64,000 nucleotides of DNA from Elusimicrobiota bacterium (lineage in GTDB: Bacteria > Elusimicrobiota > Elusimicrobia > UBA1565 > UBA9628), in contig DAHVNA010000005.1 in NCBI GenBank assembly GCA_027319565.1, positions 548 to 64,547 on the forward strand, given 5' to 3'. Below, in pieces: positions 19,669 through 29,613 of this stretch (position 1 is the stretch's first letter; each line of letters opens with the position of its first letter). The notes under the pieces were generated by a model that saw nothing but the letters and a program-made list of their open reading frames with translations, did not search any database and was not told where the DNA came from. The translations under genes were made by a program, and so were the position numbers.

Positions 19669-20340
19669 TTATTTGCAAGTCCCGGTCGCGACGCAAGCTT
19701 GCGGAGTCAAATTAGTGCTTCCAACCGTTTGCGGCGAAGACCCCATTGAGCCCGCATTGGCGTTTGAATTAGGCTGGACATAGGTAGGATTGACTTTCTG
19801 CGCGTTTGCCGGGACATTAGGAATAACCACCGAAGATGGTTTCGGAGAGCTGGAAGAACGCGCCGGCGCGGAGCGCGCCGGAGGAGTATAAGCGGGAGCC
19901 GGAGAATAATACGTTCCCGTAGGCGAGCGGTCGCCTCCGTAGCCGCCGCTTCCCCCGTTCATGGCCGAAGGCAACCCGACTGGGATAACGGGATGATAAC
20001 CAGGAACAAAGGTTTTGGGAGACGAGGCGGGAGATATTTGAGGAAAAGACGGAACGACGGGCTTTGAATTTGAAGGCGAAGCCCCTTTCTGAGCTTGATT
20101 ATTATTGGAAGCCCCTGCGGCGGCGGGATTACTCAAAGTCGGCATCATCCCTTGCGCGCCTCCAGAAGCGCTCGCGCTGGGATTTCCAAAAGGAGTTCCC
20201 TGAAGTTGCGGGAACGAAGACGGCTGCCCATTATTGGAATTGTTATTGTTTGAAGCCGGAACAAAGGTCTGGGAATATCCCGACGAAGAAAAAAGCGCGA
20301 TAGTCCCCAAAATCAGCCAAATCTTCCTAGCGTTTTCCAT
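19669..20340 (-). CDS. Secreted low-complexity (Pro/Ser/Gly/Asn-rich) protein
   Basis: Signal peptide (IWLILGTIALFSSSGYSQ), long compositionally biased region, C-terminal Cys pair (CVATGTCK). 223 aa. Confidence 0.5.
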   Translation of the reverse strand: MENARKIWLILGTIALFSSSGYSQTFVPASNNNNSNNGQPSSFPQLQGTPFGNPSASASGGAQGMMPTLSNPAAAGASNNNQAQKGASPSNSKPVVPSFPQISPASSPKTFVPGYHPVIPVGLPSAMNGGSGGYGGDRSPTGTYYSPAPAYTPPARSAPARSSSSPKPSSVVIPNVPANAQKVNPTYVQPNSNANAGSMGSSPQTVGSTNLTPQACVATGTCK

Positions 20341-20381
20341 TTCTGAACCCTCCCTATAAGTATAAACGCCTCAGCCGCTTT

Positions 20382-20410
20382 TTGCAAGCCCTTTCCCATT
20401 ATTGTAAGAT
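20382..20410 (+). promoter_or_regulatory. Sigma-70-like promoter for ndk
   Basis: TTGCAA (20382-20387), 17-nt spacer, TAAGAT (20405-20410). Followed by AAAGGAG RBS and ATG at 20430. Confidence 0.4.
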
Positions 20411-20429
20411 AAAGAAAAAGGAGTCTCTC

Positions 20430-20891
20430 ATGGCTATCGAAGAAACACTCGTTTTAATTAAACCGGATGGCAACAAACGCCGTCTGACCGGGCTAGTCAT
20501 CGACCGCTTAGACGCCTCCGGTCTTGAGCTGGTGGCCGCTAAAATGGTCTCTGTCTCTGAATCCTTGGCCAAGGAACATTACGCCCTTCTCAGCGATAAG
20601 CCCTTTTTCCCCAATTTAATCCGCTATATCCGCGGAGAATTTCACGGATTTAAAGATCATCGCATTTTAGCCTTGGTCTACAGAGGAGAAAACGCGATTA
20701 AGAAAACCCGCGAAGTGACTGGCGCAACCAACCCCGAACAAGCCGCGCCCGGCACCATTCGAGGCTCTTTTGGCCGCATCACCACCGACGGTCAATTTGA
20801 AAATGTGATTCACGCCTCCGGAGACGCCGCCGACGCCGCAAGGGAAGTGGCGCTTTGGTTTAAGCCCGAGGAGATTTTACCGAGAGGATGA
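20430..20891 (+). CDS. ndk: Nucleoside diphosphate kinase
   Basis: TLVLIKPDG, active-site His region NVIHASGD. Start moved to the internal Met (MAIEETL) with RBS; the 5' extension of the ORF is unsupported. Confidence 0.9.
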   Translation: MAIEETLVLIKPDGNKRRLTGLVIDRLDASGLELVAAKMVSVSESLAKEHYALLSDKPFFPNLIRYIRGEFHGFKDHRILALVYRGENAIKKTREVTGATNPEQAAPGTIRGSFGRITTDGQFENVIHASGDAADAAREVALWFKPEEILPRG

Positions 20892-21772
20892 AGATGAAGG
20901 TCCTTTTGCTTTTGTTCGGCTTGTTGACAGGGCTTCTTTTTAGCCAGGTCGTCCAACCCGTTTCCGCCCAGTCTCCCATTGTTCCCGGCCTCGACGCTTC
21001 GTTTAAAACCTCGGACGGCTGGACTTTGGACGCTAAATATATGCCCGCCCAAAAAGATGAGAGAACCGTTCTGCTTATCCACGGACGGGGTCAAAGCAAA
21101 GAACATTGGATTTTACTTGCCGGCTATTTAAAAAACGCGGGACTGGGATATTTAGCGGTGGATTTAAGAGGCCATGGCGACAGTCTTTCGGGCCCGCAAG
21201 GAAACGAGTCTTGGCGCAAGTTTAGAGACACAAGAAGGGAAAATGATTTTGAGAATATGCGCTTTGACATCGACGCCGCGACCCAATATCTAAAGACTCA
21301 AGGAGTCGCTATTAGTTCTATCGCCATCGTCGGCGATGAAGTCGGGGGCAGTCTCGCCCTCAAATACGCGGCTATTCACCCAGAAATTCCAATGGTGGTT
21401 TTGATCTCTCCGGGCCTTAATTACGAAGAAGTTTTAACCGTCAATGCCATGAGGGCCTATAAAAACCGGCCGGCGCTTCTAATCTACGCGGAAAGCGACC
21501 GCAAATCTTCTCACGAGGCTCCGCTTTTATACCAATTCGCGCGCTTATCGGCGGGCGACCAAAATGCGAGTTTGATCTCAATTCCAAATCTCAATGGCCG
21601 CAAAATCGCCTTCTACCGCCCCCTCGCGCAACAAATAGCCGATTGGATCAAAAATCCCGTCAAGATAGCGCCGCCGCCGGCGGTTTCCACTTCTACCGTG
21701 ACATCGACCATGATCTCAACCCAGGCTTCGAGCGTGGCCTTGTCCACCGGACCGACAAACACAAACCCTTGA
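20888..21772 (+). CDS. Secreted alpha/beta-hydrolase fold protein
   Basis: Signal peptide. HGRGQS oxyanion region, nucleophile elbow GDEVGGS, 294 aa. ATGA overlap with ndk stop. Confidence 0.7.
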   Translation: MKMKVLLLLFGLLTGLLFSQVVQPVSAQSPIVPGLDASFKTSDGWTLDAKYMPAQKDERTVLLIHGRGQSKEHWILLAGYLKNAGLGYLAVDLRGHGDSLSGPQGNESWRKFRDTRRENDFENMRFDIDAATQYLKTQGVAISSIAIVGDEVGGSLALKYAAIHPEIPMVVLISPGLNYEEVLTVNAMRAYKNRPALLIYAESDRKSSHEAPLLYQFARLSAGDQNASLISIPNLNGRKIAFYRPLAQQIADWIKNPVKIAPPPAVSTSTVTSTMISTQASSVALSTGPTNTNP

Positions 21773-21849
21773 GCTCTTTAGGCGCTCGATTTAAAATCTA
21801 TTCCCGCCTCCCGACGGAAAAAGCGCCGCCTTATTCCAATATAGACCGA

Positions 21850-22674
21850 ATGAAGCCTTTGGAAATCGCGTCTTTAATGAATAGAGAAGATGAAAAAGTG
21901 GTCTATGCGGTGCGAAAAAAGCTTCGCCAAATTTCCAAAGCCGCGGAAATTCTTCGGCAATGCCTGGCGAAAAAAGGGAGAATCTTTTTATTCGGCGCGG
22001 GAACCAGCGGAAGGCTTGGGGTTTTAGAAGCGGCGGAATGTCCCCCCACTTTCGGAACGCCTCGGAGTTTAATCCAGGCCGTCATCGCGGGCGGGAAAAG
22101 CGCGGTCTTTGCCTCTCATGAGGGAGCCGAAGATCTTCCCATCAAACCCGCTCTCCAAAAGCTTCTAACTCCACGAGACGCCGTAATCGGAATTGCCGCC
22201 AGCGGACTGACGCCTTTTACCCGCTCGGCTCTTAAATTCGCGGGAAAACGCGGATGTCGGACTATTTTTTTAACCTGCAATCCCCAAGAGGGCCGCGAAT
22301 CCGTGGCCGAAGCCGTCATCGCGCTAGACGTGGGTCCGGAAATCATTGCGGGGTCCACCCGCCTTAAAGCCGGAACCGCGACCAAAATCGCTCTTAACAT
22401 GCTGACCACCATCGCGATGGTGGGACTTGGAAAAACATATGGCCCGTGGATGGTGGATTTAAAGCCAATCTCCCGCAAGCTTAAACTAAGAGCCGTTCGA
22501 ATCGTCTCGGAAATCACGCAAGCGCCTCCCGAGACCGCCGAGGAATTTTTAAACAAGGCTCGCGGAAACGCGAAACTGGCGATTTTAATGTTCAAAAAAA
22601 ATCTCAGTCTCTCCCAGGCACGGCGAAAGCTCAATGCCTCAGACGGGTTTTTGCGCCGCGCGCTTAAAAATTAA
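21850..22674 (+). CDS. murQ: N-acetylmuramic acid 6-phosphate etherase
   Basis: SIS-domain motifs GAGTSGRLG, ECPPTFG, GIAASG, CNP, GSTRLKAGTATK, C-terminal NASDGFLRRAL all match MurQ. Start set to Met 21850 (the longer ORF overlaps the upstream hydrolase). Confidence 0.85.
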   Translation: MKPLEIASLMNREDEKVVYAVRKKLRQISKAAEILRQCLAKKGRIFLFGAGTSGRLGVLEAAECPPTFGTPRSLIQAVIAGGKSAVFASHEGAEDLPIKPALQKLLTPRDAVIGIAASGLTPFTRSALKFAGKRGCRTIFLTCNPQEGRESVAEAVIALDVGPEIIAGSTRLKAGTATKIALNMLTTIAMVGLGKTYGPWMVDLKPISRKLKLRAVRIVSEITQAPPETAEEFLNKARGNAKLAILMFKKNLSLSQARRKLNASDGFLRRALKN

Positions 22675-22946
22675 TTAGAAGGCGGCGGGGGCGCAACGAC
22701 AGGAGAAGAAACAGAATTTCCCTTTTTCCCCGAGAAATTCACTCGTGGCGCAAGGGGCACCGCGTGCTCTAAGGGCGGGTTTGAATTGTTTTGAAGCTTT
22801 GAAGTCATTTGAGCCGCGACAATTTTGCCAATTTCCCGTCCCATCGCTTCGCCTTCCCATCTCGGAATAGTGGGCAAGATAAACTTCTCAAAATAAATCC
22901 AACCCGCAACGGCGAGAACCAATAGAGGCAGAATATATTTTTTCAA
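22671..22946 (-). CDS. Small membrane protein, hypothetical (TTG start directly after rpoD stop)
   Basis: One TM (KKYILPLLVLAVAGWIYF). The long ORF to 23096 overlaps rpoD by 145 nt, so it was truncated to the first in-frame start after the rpoD stop. Weak. Confidence 0.3.
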   Translation of the reverse strand: MKKYILPLLVLAVAGWIYFEKFILPTIPRWEGEAMGREIGKIVAAQMTSKLQNNSNPPLEHAVPLAPRVNFSGKKGNSVSSPVVAPPPPSN

Positions 22947-22950
22947 AGTC

Positions 22951-24666
22951 TCATTCCATGTAGTCTTTGAGGAGTTTACTCCGGGATGGATGTCGAAGCT
23001 TTCGGATCGCCTTGGCCTCGATCTGGCGGACCCGCTCCCGAGTGACGCGGAAAAGCCGTCCCACTTCTTCCAGAGTCCTAGGGTACCCGGTGTCAATTCC
23101 GAAGCGCAATTTGACGATTTTAGCTTCCCGGTCGCTCAAGGTCGCCAAGACCTGCTCGATTTCTTTTTTCCTGAGAAAAGAAGCCGCCGAGTAAGACGCG
23201 GGGTGGCTGCTTTTATCCTCTAAAAATTCTTCGAGATAAGAATCGTCCTCTTCTCCGACCGGAGTAGACAGTGAAACCGGCTCTTGCATAATCTTAAGGA
23301 CATTTTTAACCTTATCCATCGACAGATGCATGGATTTTGAATACTCTTCGACGGTGGGTTCCCGTCCATATTCCTGGCGATATTTCCTGGACACCTTGGT
23401 GAGCTTGGAAATTAACTCTTTCATATGAACCGGAATGCGGATGGTCCGCGCCTGATCGGCAATTGCGCGGTTAATGGATTGTCGAATCCACCAGGTCGCG
23501 TAAGTGGAAAATTTAAACCCGCGCTTATATTCAAATTTCTCGACCGCCTTCATCAGTCCCAAACCGCCTTCCTGGAACAAATCCGAAAGTTCAAGATTTG
23601 AGTTGACATGCTTTTTGGCGATGGAGACAACCAGCCTCAAGTTCGCCTTGATGAGCTTGAGTTTGTCGGTTAGAATCGTCTCTTCCAAGCGCACAATTTT
23701 ATCGTCTAATTCTAAAAACCTCTCCACCGGAATCGGAAGGGTATTTTGAATGCGCTGAAGCCTTTCAACCACCGCCCCCATATTTTCAAGAGCGGCTTCG
23801 ACCGCCGACGGAGCATAGCCGGTTTTGGCCTTAAACGCCGCTTCCGTCATCTTGCCGTTTTTAATCTGCTGGAAGTAATGCGTCAGTTCCTCATAACTAG
23901 CGCCGTATCTTTTTTTATAGCGCTCAATTTCATCATGGCACTCGCGAATCTTAGAGGCGAGATTTTTAACCTTGTTGGTCAAGCGCTTGATTTTATCCTG
24001 GTTCAGATCGAGGCTCAGGATTTTTTCAATGACCGCCTTATTTCTTTTCTCAATCGCCTTATTAATTTCGATGCGGTCTTTTTCCTTTAAATTCGGATTG
24101 TTGAGGCGAGAGCGCAAACCCGCCATCACTTTTTCCGATTCCGCGATAAAACGGGAAACGGTTTTCATTTTCTTTTTCATTCCGGCCAATTCCGAATCGG
24201 TCTTGCGTCCTCTCGGCATCAGTTCCTTGGGGGTCATCTCTTCTTGTTCGATTAAAGTTTCCCAACTGCGAATTTCGCGCATCGCCACCGGCGACTCCAA
24301 AACCAAAAGTCGCAGTTCCCGTTCTCTTTCCCGGACGTTTCTAGCCAAGGTCACTTCTTCTTCCCGGCTGAGAAGCGGCACTCTTCCCATTTCCGAGAGA
24401 TACATTCGAATCGAGTTCGACACGTCCGAAGAAGAGTTCCACTCTTCGCTAAAACGCTCTCGCTCGGGAGTCGAATCAGGCAGGGATTTTTTCTTGTCGA
24501 CGACCTCTATCCCCAAATCCTCCAAGGTCGACATCAAATCGTCGACTTCTTCCGAACTGATATTGGCGGGCCCCAAGGTCCTGTTGATTTCATCGAGCGT
24601 CAAATACCCGTGGTTTTTTCCCATCTCGATTAGATTTTTTACCGCCTGACTCGCATGAATGGCCAT
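22951..24666 (-). CDS. rpoD: RNA polymerase primary sigma factor (sigma-70)
   Basis: Regions 1.2-4.2 present. Region 2.4/-10 recognition [24 protein letters not shown]; region 4.2 [30 protein letters not shown]. Confidence 0.95.
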   Translation of the reverse strand: MAIHASQAVKNLIEMGKNHGYLTLDEINRTLGPANISSEEVDDLMSTLEDLGIEVVDKKKSLPDSTPERERFSEEWNSSSDVSNSIRMYLSEMGRVPLLSREEEVTLARNVRERERELRLLVLESPVAMREIRSWETLIEQEEMTPKELMPRGRKTDSELAGMKKKMKTVSRFIAESEKVMAGLRSRLNNPNLKEKDRIEINKAIEKRNKAVIEKILSLDLNQDKIKRLTNKVKNLASKIRECHDEIERYKKRYGASYEELTHYFQQIKNGKMTEAAFKAKTGYAPSAVEAALENMGAVVERLQRIQNTLPIPVERFLELDDKIVRLEETILTDKLKLIKANLRLVVSIAKKHVNSNLELSDLFQEGGLGLMKAVEKFEYKRGFKFSTYATWWIRQSINRAIADQARTIRIPVHMKELISKLTKVSRKYRQEYGREPTVEEYSKSMHLSMDKVKNVLKIMQEPVSLSTPVGEEDDSYLEEFLEDKSSHPASYSAASFLRKKEIEQVLATLSDREAKIVKLRFGIDTGYPRTLEEVGRLFRVTRERVRQIEAKAIRKLRHPSRSKLLKDYME

Positions 24667-24668
24667 AA

Positions 24669-26426
24669 TTACCTGCTCCCTTTTAGTTCACAAAGTACTT
24701 TCTGATATTCTAGTCTTAGATCCGGATGCAACTCGCCCTCTTGTTGGGAATGAATGCGCCCCTCAAGCTCCTGAAGCCTCTCTTCAAGGCGCCGGCGGGT
24801 AAAAATGCGGTTAAGTTCTTGCTGCGGGTCTTCCCCTTCCATGCTTTCCGCAATCATCAATAGTTCGGAAGCTAAAGGCTTTGCCGGCCCCGCGCTTTCC
24901 AGCAACCGCGCGGGCCAGCCCGGCAAATGCGGTTCCACCGCCAAAAGAGCCTGCCAGGTAGCCTGGGCATCCGGAGAACGAAAATGGGTCTCATCGGCAA
25001 TCGAAGCCAAGGACGGGTTTTTCATCATTAAACAAAGAACCTGCCGCTCAAAAGGGCTTGCCTCGACTTTGACCGGAGAGGTCTTCAACTCATCTCTTCC
25101 CCCATTGGGGTCATATGGCCGGCGAAAGCGAAATTTTTTATCCGCCTCTTTTTTAAATTCCATCCGCAAGGAATCTTCCGAAATTTGAAGCCTCTGGGAC
25201 AAGGACCTCAGCCAGTCGGAGCGCAAAACCTCATCCGATGTTTTTGAAATCAAGGCGAAAACTTCATGGGCGACTTCGGATTTTTTGGATGAAGTCAGAG
25301 GCCCCTTTTGTCCGGACAAAAGGATTTCGGTTTTAAAAGCCGCCGGGTCCAGGGCTTTGTCCAAAAGGGCCTTAAAAGCCGCGGCGCCTTTTTCAATGAG
25401 GATTTCATCGGGGTCCTTGTCTTCCGGCAAGACGGCGATGCGAACGTCAATATCCTCGGGAAGTAAAATCTCGGCTGAGCGCAAGGCCGCCGTTCGCCCC
25501 GCCGAGTCGGGATCAAAAGCGATGACCGTTTTGGCTCCGTAGCGCTTGATGGTTTTGGCGTGTTCGGAGGTGATCGCCGTTCCCAAGGGAGCGACGGCGG
25601 ATTCGATTCCATATTGATGCGCCATCAAGACGTCCAGGTAGCCTTCCATTAAAATTATTTCCCGATTTGAGCGAATAGAAGACAGGCCCTCAAAAACGCC
25701 ATAGAGAATGCGACTCTTGGAAAACAGAAGAGATTCCGCGGAGTTAAGATATTTGGGCTGGATTTCGGAATTCAAAACTCGTCCGCCAAAGCCGACGACT
25801 CCCCCCTTGGAATCCCGAATGGGAAAAAGAATCCGGCCGAAGAAAGAAGGCCTTAAGCGGCCATTGATTTTGACCGCGACCCCTGCGGAAAGAAGACGCG
25901 GCTCGGAAAACCCTTTTTTTCTTGCCGCCTCTAAAAAAATGTTGGAGTCAGGGACAAAGCCTAATTGAAAACGCTCCAGGGACTCCTTGGAAACCTTGCG
26001 ATTGGCCAGATACTTTCTGGCGGGCTCGGCGGCAGGCGAGCGGAGAAGCTCGCCGTGATAAAAAGAGGAAGCGAAATCAAGGATGGCCTTAAGCCCCATT
26101 TTTTCTTCGTAGTTTCGATCTTTCTTTTCCGATTGCACCAAGGGCACGCCGGTCTTAGCGGCCAATTTCTCCAGCGCCTCCGGAAAAGTTAAATTCTCGA
26201 CTTTCATTAAAAAAGAAAACGCATCCCCCCCTTCTCCGCAGCCAAAGCAGTGAAATGTCTGCCTTTCGGGGCTGACGATAAAAGAGGGGGTTTTTTCGTT
26301 GTGAAAAGGGCATAACCCCTTCAGATTCTTTCCGGAACGCTGAAGGTTTGGGACATAATCCGAGACAACGTCGGCAATATCCAACTTTAAACGAATTGCC
26401 TCAACTATATCGCCAGAAACACCCAC
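24669..26426 (-). CDS. dnaG: DNA primase
   Basis: Zinc ribbon [32 protein letters not shown] region ([17 protein letters not shown]). 585 aa. Located between rpsU and rpoD. Confidence 0.9.
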   Translation of the reverse strand: MGVSGDIVEAIRLKLDIADVVSDYVPNLQRSGKNLKGLCPFHNEKTPSFIVSPERQTFHCFGCGEGGDAFSFLMKVENLTFPEALEKLAAKTGVPLVQSEKKDRNYEEKMGLKAILDFASSFYHGELLRSPAAEPARKYLANRKVSKESLERFQLGFVPDSNIFLEAARKKGFSEPRLLSAGVAVKINGRLRPSFFGRILFPIRDSKGGVVGFGGRVLNSEIQPKYLNSAESLLFSKSRILYGVFEGLSSIRSNREIILMEGYLDVLMAHQYGIESAVAPLGTAITSEHAKTIKRYGAKTVIAFDPDSAGRTAALRSAEILLPEDIDVRIAVLPEDKDPDEILIEKGAAAFKALLDKALDPAAFKTEILLSGQKGPLTSSKKSEVAHEVFALISKTSDEVLRSDWLRSLSQRLQISEDSLRMEFKKEADKKFRFRRPYDPNGGRDELKTSPVKVEASPFERQVLCLMMKNPSLASIADETHFRSPDAQATWQALLAVEPHLPGWPARLLESAGPAKPLASELLMIAESMEGEDPQQELNRIFTRRRLEERLQELEGRIHSQQEGELHPDLRLEYQKVLCELKGSR

Positions 26427-26439
26427 TTTTCCCCCTGAC

Positions 26440-26637
26440 TTAAACAGTCTTTCGCCGTCTAGAACGCATCATCTTCCGTCTCGACTCCGCCGCCTTCATT
26501 TTCCGCTTTAAAGAAGGAGGGAGGTAGAATTCTCTGCGCTTAATCTCGCGAAGAACTCCGTTTTTTTCGCACTCGCGCTTAAAGCGCCGCAACGCATCGT
26601 CAACGCCTTCGCCTTCGCGTAATTTAACAAAAACCAT
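26440..26637 (-). CDS. rpsU: 30S ribosomal protein S21
   Basis: 65 aa, [21 protein letters not shown]...[10 protein letters not shown]. Classical S21. Heads the rpsU-dnaG-rpoD operon. Confidence 0.9.
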   Translation of the reverse strand: MVFVKLREGEGVDDALRRFKRECEKNGVLREIKRREFYLPPSLKRKMKAAESRRKMMRSRRRKTV

Positions 26638-26663
26638 GAATATTCACCTCCCTTTTCCCAAAA

Positions 26664-27002
26664 TCAACCCGGCGGCCATTGCATGGCCCTGCCGCCCATC
26701 AGATGATAATGCAAATGGTCCACGGTTTGCCCCGCCCCGACCCCGTTATTGGTCACGAGGCGAAACGAATCCAGGCCCAAGGACTCGGCGACACGCGCCG
26801 CCACTCTTTGCAAATGCCCCAGCAAAGCTCGGTCTCCATCGGTCGAAGCCGAAAGGCGCGCGATATGTTTTTTAGGAACGACTAAAACATGCGTCGGAGC
26901 CTTGGGATTAATATCTTTAAATACCAGGGCTTCTCCATCTTCAAAAATAAACTGCGAAGGAATTTCTTTCGCGGCTATCTTACAGAATAGGCAGGAACCC
27001 AT
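26664..27002 (-). CDS. HIT-family (histidine triad) nucleotide hydrolase
   Basis: HxHxHxx motif VDHLHYHLMGG. 112 aa. Confidence 0.8.
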   Translation of the reverse strand: MGSCLFCKIAAKEIPSQFIFEDGEALVFKDINPKAPTHVLVVPKKHIARLSASTDGDRALLGHLQRVAARVAESLGLDSFRLVTNNGVGAGQTVDHLHYHLMGGRAMQWPPG

Positions 27003-27079
27003 TGATTATCTTTATTATTATAGCCTTTCCAAGTCTCTTGCCGCAAGGCTATCGACAACAACCCATTGGATTGAAATTT

Positions 27080-27457
27080 TTAACTTCCGGCATTTCCCAA
27101 CGATTTTCGCGCGCGCAAGCCCTTTCCATTGGCCCGGTACATAATAACATGAACTTTTTCGAGCGTCACAAGACCGTCTTGAACCATCGCGTCCAGATGC
27201 GGGAGAATTTTTTTTATCCTTTCTTCGCTGTCCACGATTTCGATGATGATGGGAAGATCCTCGGAGAGATCCAGGAACTTGGCCATATGGATATGGGCAT
27301 TGCAGCCAAAGCCGAGAAACCCCTTTAAAACGGTCGCCCCGGCCATTCCCATTTTTCGCGCCTGATTGACAATGGCCTCATGAAGCGGAAGCCCTTCCCA
27401 TTTGTCCTGTTCGCCGATGAAAATTCTCAGAAGCTTCTGCTCGCCTTCTAATTTCAT
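27080..27457 (-). CDS. DUF190 / PII-like protein often co-encoded with CrcB
   Basis: 125 aa, LRIFIGEQDKWEGLPLHEAIV...GATVLKGFLGFG pattern of the DUF190 (COG1993) family. Directly downstream of crcB. Confidence 0.7.
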   Translation of the reverse strand: MKLEGEQKLLRIFIGEQDKWEGLPLHEAIVNQARKMGMAGATVLKGFLGFGCNAHIHMAKFLDLSEDLPIIIEIVDSEERIKKILPHLDAMVQDGLVTLEKVHVIMYRANGKGLRARKSLGNAGS

Positions 27458-27472
27458 AATTTCCCTCCGAAA

Positions 27473-27847
27473 CTAAGCCAGCGCGCCCAAATACGCGCCA
27501 ACCTTAAACAAAATAAATCCAAAAACGCCGCTCGCCAAAAAATTGAGAAGCGCTCGAATCATTTCCCCATCTTGGGCTAAATTGGCTGTTTCCAAGATGA
27601 GCGTGGAAAAAGTCGTGTAAGCTCCGCAAAATCCCGTCATCAAAAACAACCTGGCATCGGGACCGATTAAGAAACGAACTTCCGAAAAGCTGTAAAATAG
27701 GCCGATCAAAAAGCAGCCGGAAACGTTGACGATAAATGTCCCGTAGGGAAAATCGGCGCCCGTGAACCGGTAAATCCAACCCGCCAGGAGATAGCGAGAA
27801 AATCCTCCCAGGACGCTGCCGACGGCTAAGCCGATCCATTTATTCAT
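27473..27847 (-). CDS. crcB: Fluoride ion channel CrcB/Fluc
   Basis: Four TM helices, conserved GFCGAYTTFSTL motif. Start set to ATG at 27847 (MNKWIGLAVG...), because the TTG at 27892 lies inside the riboswitch. Confidence 0.85.
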   Translation of the reverse strand: MNKWIGLAVGSVLGGFSRYLLAGWIYRFTGADFPYGTFIVNVSGCFLIGLFYSFSEVRFLIGPDARLFLMTGFCGAYTTFSTLILETANLAQDGEMIRALLNFLASGVFGFILFKVGAYLGALA

Positions 27848-27931
27848 AAAAAAACTCCCATCGATAAAATCGATAGGAGTCATCAGCCCCAAGCAAATCC
27901 GGAGCGGTTTAGGCGAACTCCATCGCCTGTT
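27848..27931 (-). promoter_or_regulatory. Fluoride riboswitch (crcB RNA motif) with terminator-type expression platform
   Basis: Minus-strand RNA AGGCGAUGGAGUUCGCCUAAACCGCUCCGGAUUUGCUUGGGGCUGAUGACUCCUAUCGAUUUUAUCGAUGGGAGUUUUUUUAUG. Contains the P1 GGCG/CGCC stem, GAUGGAGU loop pairing with downstream ACUCC (pseudoknot), the UAAAC linker and the CUGAUGACUCCUA 3' consensus. Then a 12-bp hairpin plus U7 that also buries the GGGAG Shine-Dalgarno. Confidence 0.85.
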
Positions 27932-27988
27932 TGTTCATTGTATCAAATTCAGCAAAATATAATTCCCTGAAAATTGGTCTCCTTAAAA

Positions 27989-28777
27989 TTATTGAAAGAG
28001 CCCGCACATCTTCGCGGCAAGGCCGTTAAAGGATTCCGCGCTGTCCTGAGAAACCCCAGAGGAAGCCGCAGTCTCCTGAAAAGACGCCAAGGTCTCATGA
28101 GAAGGGCGGAAATCTCCTCCGCAAACCGCTAGCAGATACCGAGTGATGATAAAAGCGCTGTCTTTTTTCTCTTGTTTGGACAAGACCGATATTTTATCGG
28201 CATCTCCCGTTCCCATTCCCTCGGAACCCACGCCATTGGGAATATAGAATTGGCGCGGCAACTCTTTTGTTGAAGGAAGAACGCTTAAAAAAAGAGAAGA
28301 GGCAAGCCTGTCGCGAACTTGTAGAGCCTGCGTTAAATCCAGCGAACGATAAACTCCGGCTTCTCGTCCGTCTCCGCTCCCAAACATCGCGATGGTCAAA
28401 AGTTTTAAGGCCCGCAAGCGCCTCACATATTTTCCGTAATCCTGCACAAACTGGTTTTGAAGGTTGAGGCACTCAAGACCCTTTTCGCTTGACACCTCGG
28501 GACTCGGATTAAAACACTGAGCCTTCCCATCTTTAAGCTCTTTAAAAATTTCAGCATGGCGTTTATTGAGATCGCCCAAAAACGCGTCCAATCGCGGAAT
28601 AAAAGAAGAGGCGTCGGCGTTTTGAAGATTCTTGGGAGAAGCGGTTTTTTGAAAATGCGCCGAGGTCTTAATTTCCCGCCAATTTTTCCACGCCTGGGAA
28701 AGTTCCTGGGAATACGCCGCCTGAACGGAAACAAAAACCGCCAGAAACGCCGCCATCGCCGCCGTTTTATTTTTCAT
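27989..28777 (-). CDS. Hypothetical secreted protein
   Basis: 262 aa. Signal peptide (AAMAAFLAVFVSVQAAYS-Q). No family recognised. Confidence 0.55.
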   Translation of the reverse strand: MKNKTAAMAAFLAVFVSVQAAYSQELSQAWKNWREIKTSAHFQKTASPKNLQNADASSFIPRLDAFLGDLNKRHAEIFKELKDGKAQCFNPSPEVSSEKGLECLNLQNQFVQDYGKYVRRLRALKLLTIAMFGSGDGREAGVYRSLDLTQALQVRDRLASSLFLSVLPSTKELPRQFYIPNGVGSEGMGTGDADKISVLSKQEKKDSAFIITRYLLAVCGGDFRPSHETLASFQETAASSGVSQDSAESFNGLAAKMCGLFQ

Positions 28778-28988
28778 TTTTTCTCCTGATCCGACCTCAT
28801 CTCAAATGCCGGACACTCCTTAGTATAGCGTCCCTGCCTTTTTTACGCCTGGGCCAAAAGGCCCAGACAGGTTCCGGCAAAAGGCCCAGGCCAAGGCCGC
28901 GATTTTGTCTTGACAGATTTGATGCGGTTTGAGAATTGAGCGGAAAGAATCTGCTATACTGCATGAAGTAAACACAAGGGGGCTTCCG

Positions 28989-29468
28989 ATGATTAAAAAT
29001 TGTTCAAAGATTTTAAATTTTTCGCTTGTCGCGGCATTAATGCTTCAGTCCGTCGGCTGTGGAACCATTATGTATCCGCAGCGGAAAGGGCAGAAAGCCG
29101 GAAAAATCGACATAGCGGTTGCCGCTTTAGACGCGGTCGGTCTGTTATTTTTCATTGTTCCCGGTGTCATCGCGTTTGCGGTTGACTTTAACAATGGGAC
29201 GATTTACCTTCCGAAGGGTGGAACGGGCTTATTGAATTTAAACGATTCCCAGAAGGTGAGATTTGATCCACGGGGTAATGCAAAAGCCAACGTTGAAAAA
29301 ATTATTCGGCAAAGAACTGGATTGGATATTGAGCTGGGCGGGCCTGATGTTGAAGCCTTTCATCTCAAGTCCGTTGATGAGTTGCCTGCGCGCTTTACGG
29401 CGGATCGCGAACAACTCTACGGGAAACTAAAGGCAAATAAAATTGAGATCCCCCTCATACTCATATAA
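28989..29468 (+). CDS. Putative lipoprotein, hypothetical
   Basis: Internal Met start MIKNCSKILNFSLVAALMLQSVGC (lipobox-like LQSVGC). Internal hydrophobic helix. 159 aa. Confidence 0.5.
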   Translation: MIKNCSKILNFSLVAALMLQSVGCGTIMYPQRKGQKAGKIDIAVAALDAVGLLFFIVPGVIAFAVDFNNGTIYLPKGGTGLLNLNDSQKVRFDPRGNAKANVEKIIRQRTGLDIELGGPDVEAFHLKSVDELPARFTADREQLYGKLKANKIEIPLILI

Positions 29469-29613
29469 CCTAAAGGAAAGACGCCGCATTGATGAAGAGG
29501 GGCTTAAGCGATCGCGCGATAGGGCTTATTACCTTCGATCACATTTAGCATGATTTGATGCGCATTTTTTAATTTATTATTGAGTCCCTGGTTTGGTAGA
29601 ATAAGACAATCCC

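Noticed and set aside
23972-24649. 225-aa plus-strand ORF antisense to rpoD (also 23746..24090)
   Set aside because: rpoD is unambiguous on the minus strand.
27002-27328. 108-aa plus-strand ORF overlapping the DUF190 gene
   Set aside because: Antisense to a gene with clear family resemblance and operon context under the fluoride riboswitch.
27848-27892. TTG-initiated N-terminal extension of crcB (ORF track start 27892)
   Set aside because: This extension would be translated from within the fluoride riboswitch/terminator. The conserved CrcB N-terminus begins at the ATG at 27847.
28910-28960. TTGACA ... TATACT promoter-like hexamers upstream of the lipoprotein gene
   Set aside because: Spacing between the two hexamers is about 39 nt, far from the 16-18 nt required. 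Not reported as a promoter.
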